NCBI GenBank assembly: GCA_963771275.1
Contig: CAVYSW010000010.1
Location: 160,001 to 224,000, forward strand
DNA length: 64,000 bases
Source of the DNA: an uncultured Gemmatimonadales bacterium
GTDB taxonomy: Bacteria; Gemmatimonadota; Gemmatimonadetes; Gemmatimonadales; GWC2-71-9
Direction: 5' to 3'
Shown: in pieces, positions 19,668 through 30,280 of the stretch
Layout: each line of letters begins with the position of its first letter
Position numbering within the stretch: the first letter of the stretch is position 1
Notes under the pieces: generated by a model
The model's input: only the letters and a program-made list of their open reading frames with translations
What the model was told of the DNA's origin: nothing
The model's database searches: none
Position numbers and translations under genes: made by a program

Positions 19668-19915
19668 GGCGAACCCTCAACCAGGAACTGCGGTTCCGCC
19701 GGTCCGGGCCGGCTGGGTGAGGCGGCGCGACGCCGCCGGGGGGAAGTCTGCCCCACCAGGGCGGGCAAGTCAACGCGGTCTTCGCCGCCTCGACCCAGCC
19801 TGAGACATCGATGGAACGGTGGTTGGCGGTGCGCGTCCGGGGGGAGGTCGCTGGGGACGGCACGCTCCACGGTGAGCCGTGGGAATCGTGGCCGGTGCGG
19901 TGGGGGGACGAGGCG

Positions 19916-20155
19916 CTACGCGACCGGGCGACGGTCGATCAGGCGGCGCTCCGCGGCACGACGCTCGCGCGCCGCGCGCCGCGTCGATCCGCTCCGTCGG
20001 TCGTCCGCGCCCGACACGAGCGCGGCCGGCAGCTCCGCCCGACGCTCGCCGCGGGTCCGGCGGTCGACGCCGGTGCGGCGGTCTGCCAGGATCCCTGATG
20101 CAAACCAGAAGGTGCGGCGCTGGTACCAGCGGTTCTCTTCGGACGGCTGCGTCAC
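19916..20155 (-). CDS. Small Arg-rich protein with repeated (D/E)RR motifs
   Basis: GTG start after GGGGG (alternative ATG at 20215); ADRRTGVDRRTRGERR...DDRR...ERRAAERRLIDRR. Confidence 0.45.
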   Translation of the reverse strand: MTQPSEENRWYQRRTFWFASGILADRRTGVDRRTRGERRAELPAALVSGADDRRSGSTRRAARERRAAERRLIDRRPVA

Positions 20156-20351
20156 GCGTTCCCCCAACGGCATTCGGTTTGGCAATCCCGAGTTCACAAG
20201 ATGGAGAATCGTCATGCATCTGACCAGTAGTGTCCCGTGCCCTTCCGCCGCAAGTCGGGTGCCGAGGCTGCTTCATCTTTCCTTCCCGGCAAGTTCACCC
20301 CGGTTTCACGACGGGGCAGAGAACGTTCACAAGTCAGGGCCGGGAGCGCAC

Positions 20352-20549
20352 ATGGCGAGAGTTGGTGAGCTGGAGCCAACGGGAGCGGCGCCGTTCGACG
20401 AGGCGGACTGCGGGCATCATCTGCCGTGCCCGGACTGGATCGTCGAGCAGGAGGCCTGGCAGCCCGCGGGTGACCTGGAGGAGCCGGAGCTCGATCCACC
20501 GGCCCACCTGCACGATCTCTGGATCGCGCTCGGCCTGGGCGAGGAGTAG
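20352..20549 (+). CDS. Small acidic hypothetical protein (65 aa)
   Basis: GGGAG RBS, ATG; MARVGELEP...DCGHHLPCPDW...DLWIALGLGEE. Confidence 0.5.
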   Translation: MARVGELEPTGAAPFDEADCGHHLPCPDWIVEQEAWQPAGDLEEPELDPPAHLHDLWIALGLGEE

Positions 20550-20558
20550 CTGGCGGGG

Positions 20559-21038
20559 TCAGCCCGTTTCGTGCCAGGCGACCTCGGCCCGATAGCCGCA
20601 GCCGGGGCACTGCAGGTGTGACGGTTCACCCTTGACTGGGATGCGGTGCCCCGACGCGGGGCACACCGCGTACTTGTGCCCCAGATCCCGGCGCGTCCCG
20701 CGCGCGGGGTTTTTTTCGTCCCTGCCGCGGCACACCACCGTGAACTGCCTCGGACGACTGTCGCGGAGCTCCACCAGGTGCTTCGAGAGCTTCACCTGCC
20801 GGTGGCGCACCTCCAGGACGATTTCCTCGCCCGTGGCGACCACCGGATACCAGGCCCCTGAGCGGAGCATCGGGCGCGTATGGGGACGGGCGACCGCCCA
20901 GAGACGTGCCCACCCCATGGCATGCTGCTGTTCGCGGGTCCCCTGGCGTACGCTGATCACGGGTTCGGGATCGGTGGGAGGGGCGTCGCAGACGGCACGT
21001 GGCTTGGGCATAGGCATCTTCGGGTGGAGAGACGGCAT
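20559..21038 (-). CDS. Hypothetical protein with C-terminal zinc ribbon
   Basis: LRSGAWYPVV, YAVCPASG...CPGCG; true start may be as late as 20918. Confidence 0.55.
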   Translation of the reverse strand: MPSLHPKMPMPKPRAVCDAPPTDPEPVISVRQGTREQQHAMGWARLWAVARPHTRPMLRSGAWYPVVATGEEIVLEVRHRQVKLSKHLVELRDSRPRQFTVVCRGRDEKNPARGTRRDLGHKYAVCPASGHRIPVKGEPSHLQCPGCGYRAEVAWHETG

Positions 21039-21076
21039 ATCATGCGATCCGGAACCCCCGCCATCCGTGACTCGGC

Positions 21077-21506
21077 TTACAATCCGGCCCGTTCGGGCGC
21101 GGGACGCGTGTCCCGGCGGGGTCGCGCGCCGATCCAGCGCCGGAATACCAGCAAGGCCACAAAGTCATACGCGGCGTGCACGATCAGCGGGATGAGGAGG
21201 TTGCCCGGTTAGGGCGAATGCCGCACCAAGGTAGAGCCCCAACGCCGTCGCCATCACGCCGTAGGCGATGCTGATCGCGTGGGCGGCACCGAACAGGGCG
21301 CCCACCAGCCCTACTGCCGCGACCGGACCGAGCCGCTCGCCGAGCGCCGTCTGAAGCAGTCCCCGGAACAGGGCTTCTTCTCCCACACCCGCCGCCACGG
21401 CGAGTGCCAGGAGGCCCGCGACGCTGATCCGGGCCAGCCCAAGTAGTGCCGCCTCGGCAGCGAGGCCAGCCGGGAAGAGGGGGAGAGACCACCGAACCGC
21501 AAGTCG
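21077..21506 (-). pseudogene. Frameshifted CPBP (CAAX/Abi) intramembrane metalloprotease remnant
   Basis: GVGEEALFRG and LFGAAH are in one frame; the final motif NLLIPLIVHAAYD continues in a shifted frame after ACC GGG C AAC (about 21204) to TAA at 21077. Confidence 0.75.
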
Positions 21507-21677
21507 CATGTGTGGTTGCCGATTGTGGCTCAAGCGCGACTCTGTCGCATGCTCACATCCAGCCGAGCGCTGGAGGGCGCCTGGAGGCCTACGTATCAGG
21601 TCGCTGGCATGAATCTAATGTCATACTCCAGAATGACTTACCGAGCTTGCACGGACCGGGTGCCCGGAATCCGCGGG

Positions 21678-21693
21678 TGGCACGTGGTGTGCT
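21678..21693 (+). promoter_or_regulatory. Sigma54 (-24/-12) promoter
   Basis: TGGCACGTGGTGTGCT = TGGCACG-N4-(G)TGCT with GG-N10-GC spacing, about 70 nt upstream of the PEP-CTERM gene. Confidence 0.62.
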
Positions 21694-21760
21694 ACTCGTC
21701 ACGTCGGCGGCGTCTGCCGTGGCGGCTCAATGGGTCTTGGATTCACGTACGGGGGTACTG

Positions 21761-22486
21761 ATGAAGCGCGTTCTGTCGGCCGTTTTCCTCTGCACCATCC
21801 TCGCCGTTTCCGGAGTTGCGGCGCAGAGCGTGACCCTCAAGTCCGCGAATCCCTACGGTACCGTGACGGGGTTCGGGGTCTATGTCGGCCCCTACCAACT
21901 CCAGTTCAACCCGTCGCCCTTCTCCGGATTGCCGGGTCAGCCGATCTTGGACGCGTTCTGCGTCGATTTCGGGCACGAGGTCAGCATCGGGCAGACGTGG
22001 ACCGCCCGGGTGACCTCCATGGGGGACCTTGATGGGATTCACCAGTACACCCGCCAGGGGATTCTCATTCCCGGCGACGTGCTGATGGCCCAGCGGAACT
22101 ACCTGGCATCTGCCTGGCTCGCCACGCAGATGACCAGCACCAACACGTCCGACTGGCAGTGGTACCACGGTGCGATCTGGCACATCATGGGCGCGGGCGG
22201 CAATGAGGTCCTGGAGACTGGTGAACCGTTCTTCGACAGGTACAATCCACTCGTCGACAAGTCGTCGATCGACCAGAAAGTCTCGGACGCCCTTACCTAC
22301 GGCTATCAGCGTGTGAGTGGAGATGATTGGGTGATCGTCACGCCAAGCCCGGACTTCGCCACCACCACCAGCGCCCAGGAGTTCATCACCCGCAACGTCG
22401 TGCCGGAGCCCGCGACCCTCATTCTCCTTGCGAGTGGTCTCCTCGCCCTGGGGCTCGTGGCGTACTTCCGGAGTGGCCTTGCCTGA
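21761..22486 (+). CDS. PEP-CTERM sorting-domain protein
   Basis: Signal peptide MKRVLSAVFLCTILAVSGVAA; C-terminal VVPEPATLILLASGLLALGLVAYFR. Confidence 0.9.
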   Translation: MKRVLSAVFLCTILAVSGVAAQSVTLKSANPYGTVTGFGVYVGPYQLQFNPSPFSGLPGQPILDAFCVDFGHEVSIGQTWTARVTSMGDLDGIHQYTRQGILIPGDVLMAQRNYLASAWLATQMTSTNTSDWQWYHGAIWHIMGAGGNEVLETGEPFFDRYNPLVDKSSIDQKVSDALTYGYQRVSGDDWVIVTPSPDFATTTSAQEFITRNVVPEPATLILLASGLLALGLVAYFRSGLA

Positions 22487-22514
22487 TCAGGGTCACTGAC
22501 CTTGAATGCGGGTG

Positions 22515-22549
22515 CGAACGGGCTGATGTTTCAGCCCGTTCGTCGTTTT
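22515..22549 (+). terminator. Rho-independent terminator
   Basis: cgaacgggctga-tgtt-tcagcccgttcg followed by tcgtttt. Confidence 0.75.
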
Positions 22550-22578
22550 CGCGACCCGAACTGAGGTGGCTCAATATC

Positions 22579-23103
22579 ATGGCCGACCGACCACGCAGCG
22601 TGCTGCAGTACCTCGCCTGGCCCAACTACTTCGTGGCACTGCTCCTCATCGTGCTGCCGTTCGTGGATCTCGTGACCAACGTGTGGCCGGTGCGGCTGTC
22701 GGCCCTCGAGTGGCGCTACGGGACGCTGGGGCTGCTGTCCGGCTTCACCCTCACCCCGCTCCTGGGCATCGTGCTCGCGGTCGCGTCGGCCGCCCTGCTC
22801 GACCATCGGCTGCTCCAGCGGATCATCGGGTTCCTCAATCTGCTGGGCGCGGTGGCGCTCGTGGTCGTCATCGTGCTGTTCGCGCTCGACTGGCTGCAAC
22901 TGCGCGCCTCGGTCGAGCCCGATCCGCGGCGGGGCATGGACATCGGTGCCCTGAAGGCGCTGGCCAAGCACGCGCTCGTGGCGGTGGCGCTCGGATGGCT
23001 TGGGATCGCCGGTCTTCGGGCGACTCGCGGGGAAACGGGCTCGCGCGCTCGGCGCAAGCCCGCGCCGTTGGTGCGGGAGCCGCAGGGCGAGCCGGGCCAA
23101 TGA
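22579..23103 (+). CDS. Hypothetical 4-TM membrane protein
   Basis: GAGG RBS; four hydrophobic segments; EWRYGTLGLLS, FALDWLQLR. Confidence 0.65.
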   Translation: MADRPRSVLQYLAWPNYFVALLLIVLPFVDLVTNVWPVRLSALEWRYGTLGLLSGFTLTPLLGIVLAVASAALLDHRLLQRIIGFLNLLGAVALVVVIVLFALDWLQLRASVEPDPRRGMDIGALKALAKHALVAVALGWLGIAGLRATRGETGSRARRKPAPLVREPQGEPGQ

Positions 23104-23122
23104 GTGGCCCGAGCTGATCCCC

Positions 23123-23521
23123 TCAGGAAGGCTCGGGGATCGGATCGGTGGAAAAGACGAGAGCTGCGCGACACGCGCGGCACGTGAGCGGCGCCGGTGG
23201 CTCCCACGCTTCCGGCGCCGCCAACGTCTGTCTCGCGCCGCACTCCGGGCAGTTCCCGATCACCTCCACGACGACCTGCTCGATGCGGTAGCGCCGCACG
23301 GCGCTGTAGATCCCGAACGCGGCGAACCCCGCCACCAGCATCAAGCGGCCAACCGGCAGGAACGCGGACATGGCGGCCGCGGCCCACCAGGCCGCCAACC
23401 CGAGCCAGGCTCGGCGCCGTCGCTCGCCGGGGCCGAACTGCACGACATGGATCTCCGCCGGGCCGGAGCGCCCTCCGCTCCCCGAAACCGCCCCGCCGAT
23501 CGACACGCGTGTGTACTCCAC
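23123..23521 (-). CDS. Hypothetical 2-TM protein with C-terminal zinc ribbon
   Basis: C-terminal part of ORF 23123..24463: two TM segments then CPECG...CRAC; start uncertain. Confidence 0.55.
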   Translation of the reverse strand: MEYTRVSIGGAVSGSGGRSGPAEIHVVQFGPGERRRRAWLGLAAWWAAAAMSAFLPVGRLMLVAGFAAFGIYSAVRRYRIEQVVVEVIGNCPECGARQTLAAPEAWEPPAPLTCRACRAALVFSTDPIPEPS

Positions 23522-23695
23522 GAGGAGCGAATCTAGCGAGCCGTGTCCCGAAGAGTCAGCACCGCTCGACCCCAGGCCGCCGTGAGTGGGTGCGTCGCGG
23601 GGCTCCCGGTGTAGGTTCCCTGTGTCCCGGTTGCCCCCCGACCCGAGGCAAGCGCGCAGTTGCCGCTCCGGGACGCGAAAGGTAGACTCGGCGGC

Positions 23696-24379
23696 ATGAC
23701 AGACGGAGATCCGCGATTCGTACCGCTGCAGTTCGCCCGACTGCCCGAGGAGGCGATGCTGGCCGCGGGACGTCGGTTCCGCGAGCTGATGGAGCGGCGG
23801 CGCTCCGTGCGCGCGTTCTCGCCCGATCCGGTACCCTGGGAGTGCATCGAGCTTGCCATCCGGACGGCCTGCACGGCGCCCTCCGGTGCCCACCGTCAGC
23901 CATGGCGGTTCGTGGTGGTGGATGATCCGCAGCTCAAGCGGGAGATCCGCCTGGTCGCCGAACGGGAGGAGCGCGAGAACTACGAGCGGCGGTATCCCGC
24001 GGAGTGGAAGGAGGCGATCGCGCCGCTCGGCACGGACTGGCACAAGCCGTTTCTCGAGACGGCGCCGTATCTGGTCGTGGTGTTCAAGGAGCTCCACGGG
24101 GTGCGGCCGGACGGAACCCCGATCACCAACTACTACGTCAACGAGAGCGTCGGGATCGCGTGCGGCCTGTTCATCGCGGCGCTGCACGAGATGGGGCTCG
24201 TGACGCTGACGCACACACCGAGCCCGATGGAATTCCTGTCGGAGCTGCTCGGCCGGCCGGCCAACGAGAAACCGTACGTGCTGTTCCCCGTCGGCTATCC
24301 GGCGGCGAACGCCGTGGTGCCGGACCTGACGCGGAAGTCGCTCGACGAGGTCGTGCAATGGAATCGCGGCGCCCCATGA
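23696..24379 (+). CDS. Nitroreductase superfamily protein, iodotyrosine-deiodinase (IYD)-like
   Basis: RRSVRAFS, APSGAHRQPW, AEREERENY, LGTDWHKPFLETAP, YYVNESVGIA, LTHTPSPM. Confidence 0.85.
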   Translation: MTDGDPRFVPLQFARLPEEAMLAAGRRFRELMERRRSVRAFSPDPVPWECIELAIRTACTAPSGAHRQPWRFVVVDDPQLKREIRLVAEREERENYERRYPAEWKEAIAPLGTDWHKPFLETAPYLVVVFKELHGVRPDGTPITNYYVNESVGIACGLFIAALHEMGLVTLTHTPSPMEFLSELLGRPANEKPYVLFPVGYPAANAVVPDLTRKSLDEVVQWNRGAP

Positions 24380-24900
24380 AGGCGTCTGTCGTGGTGCGGA
24401 CGGCGCTGCCCGTCGCGTTGATCGGTGTGGTGCTCGTGGCCTGCCGGCTCGAGGTGGCCCCACCCAGGGAGCGCGCGCCGAGCACGCGCGGCGCGGACAC
24501 CACGATGGTCCTTGCAGAGCTGCGGGCCTATTACCGCGACTTCAGTGACCGGAATTGGACCGCGTTCGGCGGGCACTTCTGGCCCGGAGCGGACATCACC
24601 ACCATCTGGCAGCCGCCCGGGGAGGACAGCCCCCGGGTGGTGGCGACGTCGGTGCCCGAGTTCGTGGCGCAGGCGCCGCGTGGCCCCGGCAGCCGCGCGA
24701 TCTTCGAGGAGCGCATGCTGGATGCACGGATCACCACGACGGGGGATCTCGCGCAGGCGTGGGTGCGCTATCGCGCGACGTTCGGGAATCCCGGCCAGGT
24801 GTCCGAGTGGGAGGGTACCGACGCGTTTACACTGCTGCGCCACCGCGGGCAGTGGCGCATCGCGAGCCTCGCGTTCCTGGCGAGCGGCCCGGGGTCCTGA
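24376..24900 (+). CDS. NTF2/SnoaL-like (DUF4440-type) lipoprotein
   Basis: LVAC lipobox; YYRDFS, FEERM, GDLAQAWVRY, GTDAFTL...WRIASL. Confidence 0.65.
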   Translation: MKASVVVRTALPVALIGVVLVACRLEVAPPRERAPSTRGADTTMVLAELRAYYRDFSDRNWTAFGGHFWPGADITTIWQPPGEDSPRVVATSVPEFVAQAPRGPGSRAIFEERMLDARITTTGDLAQAWVRYRATFGNPGQVSEWEGTDAFTLLRHRGQWRIASLAFLASGPGS

Positions 24901-24915
24901 GTCTCGGCACCGGCG

Positions 24916-26289
24916 ATGCCACGCGACGATCTGGCGGAGCGCGTAGCGGCGTTCATTGCGGAACGGCGGCTCTTTCCCGAGGCGGGTGTCGCGCTCGTGG
25001 CGGTGAGTGGCGGGCCGGATTCCGTCGCGCTGCTGTACCTGCTGCACGATCTGTCCGCGTCGCTGCGCGTAGCGCTGGTCGTGGCGCACGTGGACCATGG
25101 GATCCACGAGGCAAGCGCGCGATGGGCCGCGGCTGTCGAAGCTCTCGCCGGGCGGCTCGGCCTGCCGTACGAGGGGGTGCGGCTTGCCCTGGGGTCGGGC
25201 GCCTCGGAGACGCTTGCCCGGCGCGAGCGGTATCGGGCGCTCGCGCGCATCCAGCGCGTCCATCGTGCCCGGTACGTGGTCACCGGGCACCACGCCGATG
25301 ACCAGGTCGAGACCGTGCTGCTCCGCTTGCTGCGTGGCTCGGGCCCCGCGGGTCTCGCCGGCATGGCACCGGCCGGGCCGGGGAGCCTCGTACGCCCGCT
25401 CCTGCCGTTTCGGAAGTCGGAGATCGCGGCGTGGCTCGCGGCGCGGGCGCCGGAGGCAACCCCGCATTTCGACGCCGCGAACGCGAGCCCCGCGCACGAC
25501 CGCTCTTGGGTCCGAACGGAACTGTTGCCGCTCCTGCGCCAGCGGTTTCCGGACACCGAGGAGCGGGTGCTCACCGGGCAGCGCCAGGCGGCTGAAGATC
25601 GGGTCGCGTGGGCGCAACTCGTCGACTCGCACCCGGCGCTGGAGCTCCGTCGTCTCCCGGGTGGGATCGAGGTTGCTCGCGCTCCCATCGCTCGGTATGA
25701 TAAGGCGTTGTCGGCCGCGCTCTTGCGCGCGCTTGCCCGGGCGGCCGGCCATCGAGTCGGGTCGGCGCGGGCAGAGCGGATCCGGCGCCTCGCCGCCACC
25801 GCGCCCAGCGGTCGCCGAGTGGACCTCGGAGACGGCTGGGTCGCCGAGACCGCATTCGACAGGCTGCTGATTCGACGATCGCCGGGTGGGCCGAGTGCCG
25901 GCTCGCCGATCGAAGTGGCCACGGCGGCGGAGCCGGGTGAGGCCCGGTGGGGTGACTGGTGTATCACCTGGCGTACGGAAACGACTGGCCCCATGCGTCG
26001 CGCCGGCTGGACCACCTGGGTGACGCCCGGGCCGCTCGTGCTCCGGGCCGGACGAAGCGGTGAGCGCATGCGGCCGCTCGGTGGGGTAGGCAGACGGCCG
26101 GTTCGCCGGCTCCTCATGGAAGCCCGTGTTCGGCGCAGCGAGCGTCCGGCCTACCCCGTCGTCGCCCGTGAGGCGGAGGTGGTGTGGGTCCCGGGCGTGT
26201 GCCGCAGCGACTGGTCGCTGCCGCGTCCTGGAGAACCTGGCATCCGACTCGACGCGCGGCGGGTTGGCGGGAACGTGGTGGACGGGTAG
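24916..26289 (+). CDS. tilS: tRNA(Ile)-lysidine synthetase
   Basis: VAVSGGPDS PP-loop, HVDHG, ARRERY, GHHADDQVET, RPLL. Confidence 0.92.
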   Translation: MPRDDLAERVAAFIAERRLFPEAGVALVAVSGGPDSVALLYLLHDLSASLRVALVVAHVDHGIHEASARWAAAVEALAGRLGLPYEGVRLALGSGASETLARRERYRALARIQRVHRARYVVTGHHADDQVETVLLRLLRGSGPAGLAGMAPAGPGSLVRPLLPFRKSEIAAWLAARAPEATPHFDAANASPAHDRSWVRTELLPLLRQRFPDTEERVLTGQRQAAEDRVAWAQLVDSHPALELRRLPGGIEVARAPIARYDKALSAALLRALARAAGHRVGSARAERIRRLAATAPSGRRVDLGDGWVAETAFDRLLIRRSPGGPSAGSPIEVATAAEPGEARWGDWCITWRTETTGPMRRAGWTTWVTPGPLVLRAGRSGERMRPLGGVGRRPVRRLLMEARVRRSERPAYPVVAREAEVVWVPGVCRSDWSLPRPGEPGIRLDARRVGGNVVDG

Positions 26290-26323
26290 CACGGCGATCC
26301 GTGCTCGACACCTAAGGAACGGT

Positions 26324-28293
<1,970 letters not shown>

Positions 28294-28297
<4 letters not shown>

Positions 28298-29463
28298 AGC
28301 TCACGGCCCTCGCGCCGCGGCCCGGCGCGGTGCGCGAGGCGCTTGTCGCGCGAGGGGTACCCGCGGTTCGGGCGGACGCGACGGCCGCCGGCTTGCAGCC
28401 GGCGGCCGTCGTGCTGGATGGGGTCACCGACGAGGCGCGGGAGCAGGTCGGGCGCGCGGCGGTTGCGTCGGGGGTGGCGTGTCTCTCCGGGACCGGCTGG
28501 GTCCTGCTCACGGGCGAGACCGCACGACTCGCCGGGCTGATCCGGCCGGGCGCCGGGGGGCTTCCTGCGGACGTGCGTGAGTCGATCGGCGCGGCGCTAC
28601 GCCTGGGCGTCGAACAGGCGCTGACGTGGGTCACCGCGCGAGGTGACGTGACGCTCGATCGGCCGGTGGTCATCGGCATCCTCAACGTCACCCCTGATTC
28701 GTTCAGTGATGGCGGTCGGTACTTCGCGCCCGCGGCGGCGCTGCGCCAGGCGGAGGCGTTGGTGGCGGCTGGTGCCGCGGCGCTTGACGTGGGGGCGGAA
28801 TCGACGCGCCCGGGGCGCCCCGAGCCCGTGCCGCTCGAGGAAGAGTGGCGCCGGCTGGCGCCGGTGCTCCCGGAGCTGGCACGGCGCTTCCCCGGGACCC
28901 CCGTGAGCGTGGATACCGTGAAGGCCGAGCTGGCGCGCCGCGCGCTCGAGGAAGGCGCATGGGCGATCAACGACGTCACGGGCCTGCGCCACGATCCCGC
29001 GATCGCCGACGTGTGCGCGGCGCGCGGCGCCGGCCTCGTGCTGATGCACTCCCGCGGGACACTGCCGGAGCTGGCGACGTATGACCACGCGACGTACGGG
29101 GATGTGATGCGCGAGGTGGCTGAAGAGCTGGCGGCGGCGGCGCACCGGGCGGAGGACGCCGGTGTCCAGCGCCAGGGCATCGTGCTCGACCCCGGCCTCG
29201 GGTTCGCCAAGCGGCCCGAGCACAACTACGTCGTGCTCCAGCGTCTCGACGCGCTCACGCCGCTGGGATATCCCCTGATGGTCGGCCCGTCACGCAAGCG
29301 GTTCCTGGGTGCCGTCACCGGGAAGGACCCGGGCGAGCGCGACGTCGCCACGGCGGTGGCGTGTGTCGCGGCGTACGAGCGCGGGGCGCGTCTGTTCCGC
29401 GTCCATGCCGTGGCCGAGACCTGCGAAGCGCTGGCCATCGCCCACGCCGTGGGGGGTGCCTGA
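28294..29463 (+). CDS. folP: Dihydropteroate synthase with N-terminal extension
   Basis: GILNVTPDSFSDGG, GAESTRPG, SVDT, INDV, DPGLGFAK, SRKRF, FRVH. Confidence 0.92.
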
Positions 29464-30267
29464 ATGCCGCTGGAGCATTTGCGCTTTCTGATCCCCGGCC
29501 CGCGCGACGCGCTCGAGATCCTCGTCGTCGCCTACATCATCTACCGCGCGCTGCTGTTCCTGGCCGGCACCCGGGCGCTGCAGATCCTCATCGGGCTCGT
29601 GGTTCTGGGGGTCGTGTACTTCGCCGCGCTGGTGCTCAAGTTCAACATGATCGCCACGCTGCTCGGTGTGGTATTCACGTACGGCGCGTTCGCCGCCATC
29701 GTGGTCTTCCAGCCTGAGCTGCGCCACGCGCTCGCGCGCCTCGGGCGCACGCGCCCGTTCAACTTCCTGGTCTACACGCCGACGCGGTCCGCGACGGGCG
29801 AGATCGCCGAAGCGGTTGAACGGCTGTCCCGCGCCGGGACCGGCGCCATCATCGCGGTCGAGGGGGAGATCCCGCTGGACGACTATGTCGAGACGGGCAC
29901 GGCGATGCGCGCGACGGTCTCGAACGACCTCATCAGCACGATCTTCACGCCTTACTCGCCGCTCCACGACGGCGCGGTCATCATCCGGGGCGACGAGATC
30001 ATTGGGGCGGGATGCGTGCTCCCGCTCACGCAGTTCCCCGTGACCGACAAGTCCCTGGGGACGCGGCACCGTGCCGCGCTGGGACTGTCGGAAGAATGTG
30101 ACGCGATCGTGGTGGTCGTCTCCGAGGAAACGTCACGGGTGTCCATCGCCGTCGGGGGGCTGCTGCATCAGGGGGTGACGCCCGAGCAGGTGGGTGAGGC
30201 CCTCGCGACCCGTGGCCGGACCTCGGTGACGCGCACAGGCCATCCCAGCGAGCCCTCACCGGCCTGA
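29464..30267 (+). CDS. cdaA: Diadenylate cyclase CdaA (DacA)
   Basis: Three N-terminal TM helices, FQPELR, PLHDGA (DGA), GTRHRAA (RHR), VSEE. Confidence 0.92.
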   Translation: MPLEHLRFLIPGPRDALEILVVAYIIYRALLFLAGTRALQILIGLVVLGVVYFAALVLKFNMIATLLGVVFTYGAFAAIVVFQPELRHALARLGRTRPFNFLVYTPTRSATGEIAEAVERLSRAGTGAIIAVEGEIPLDDYVETGTAMRATVSNDLISTIFTPYSPLHDGAVIIRGDEIIGAGCVLPLTQFPVTDKSLGTRHRAALGLSEECDAIVVVVSEETSRVSIAVGGLLHQGVTPEQVGEALATRGRTSVTRTGHPSEPSPA

Positions 30268-30280
30268 ACCCAGCCGACCG

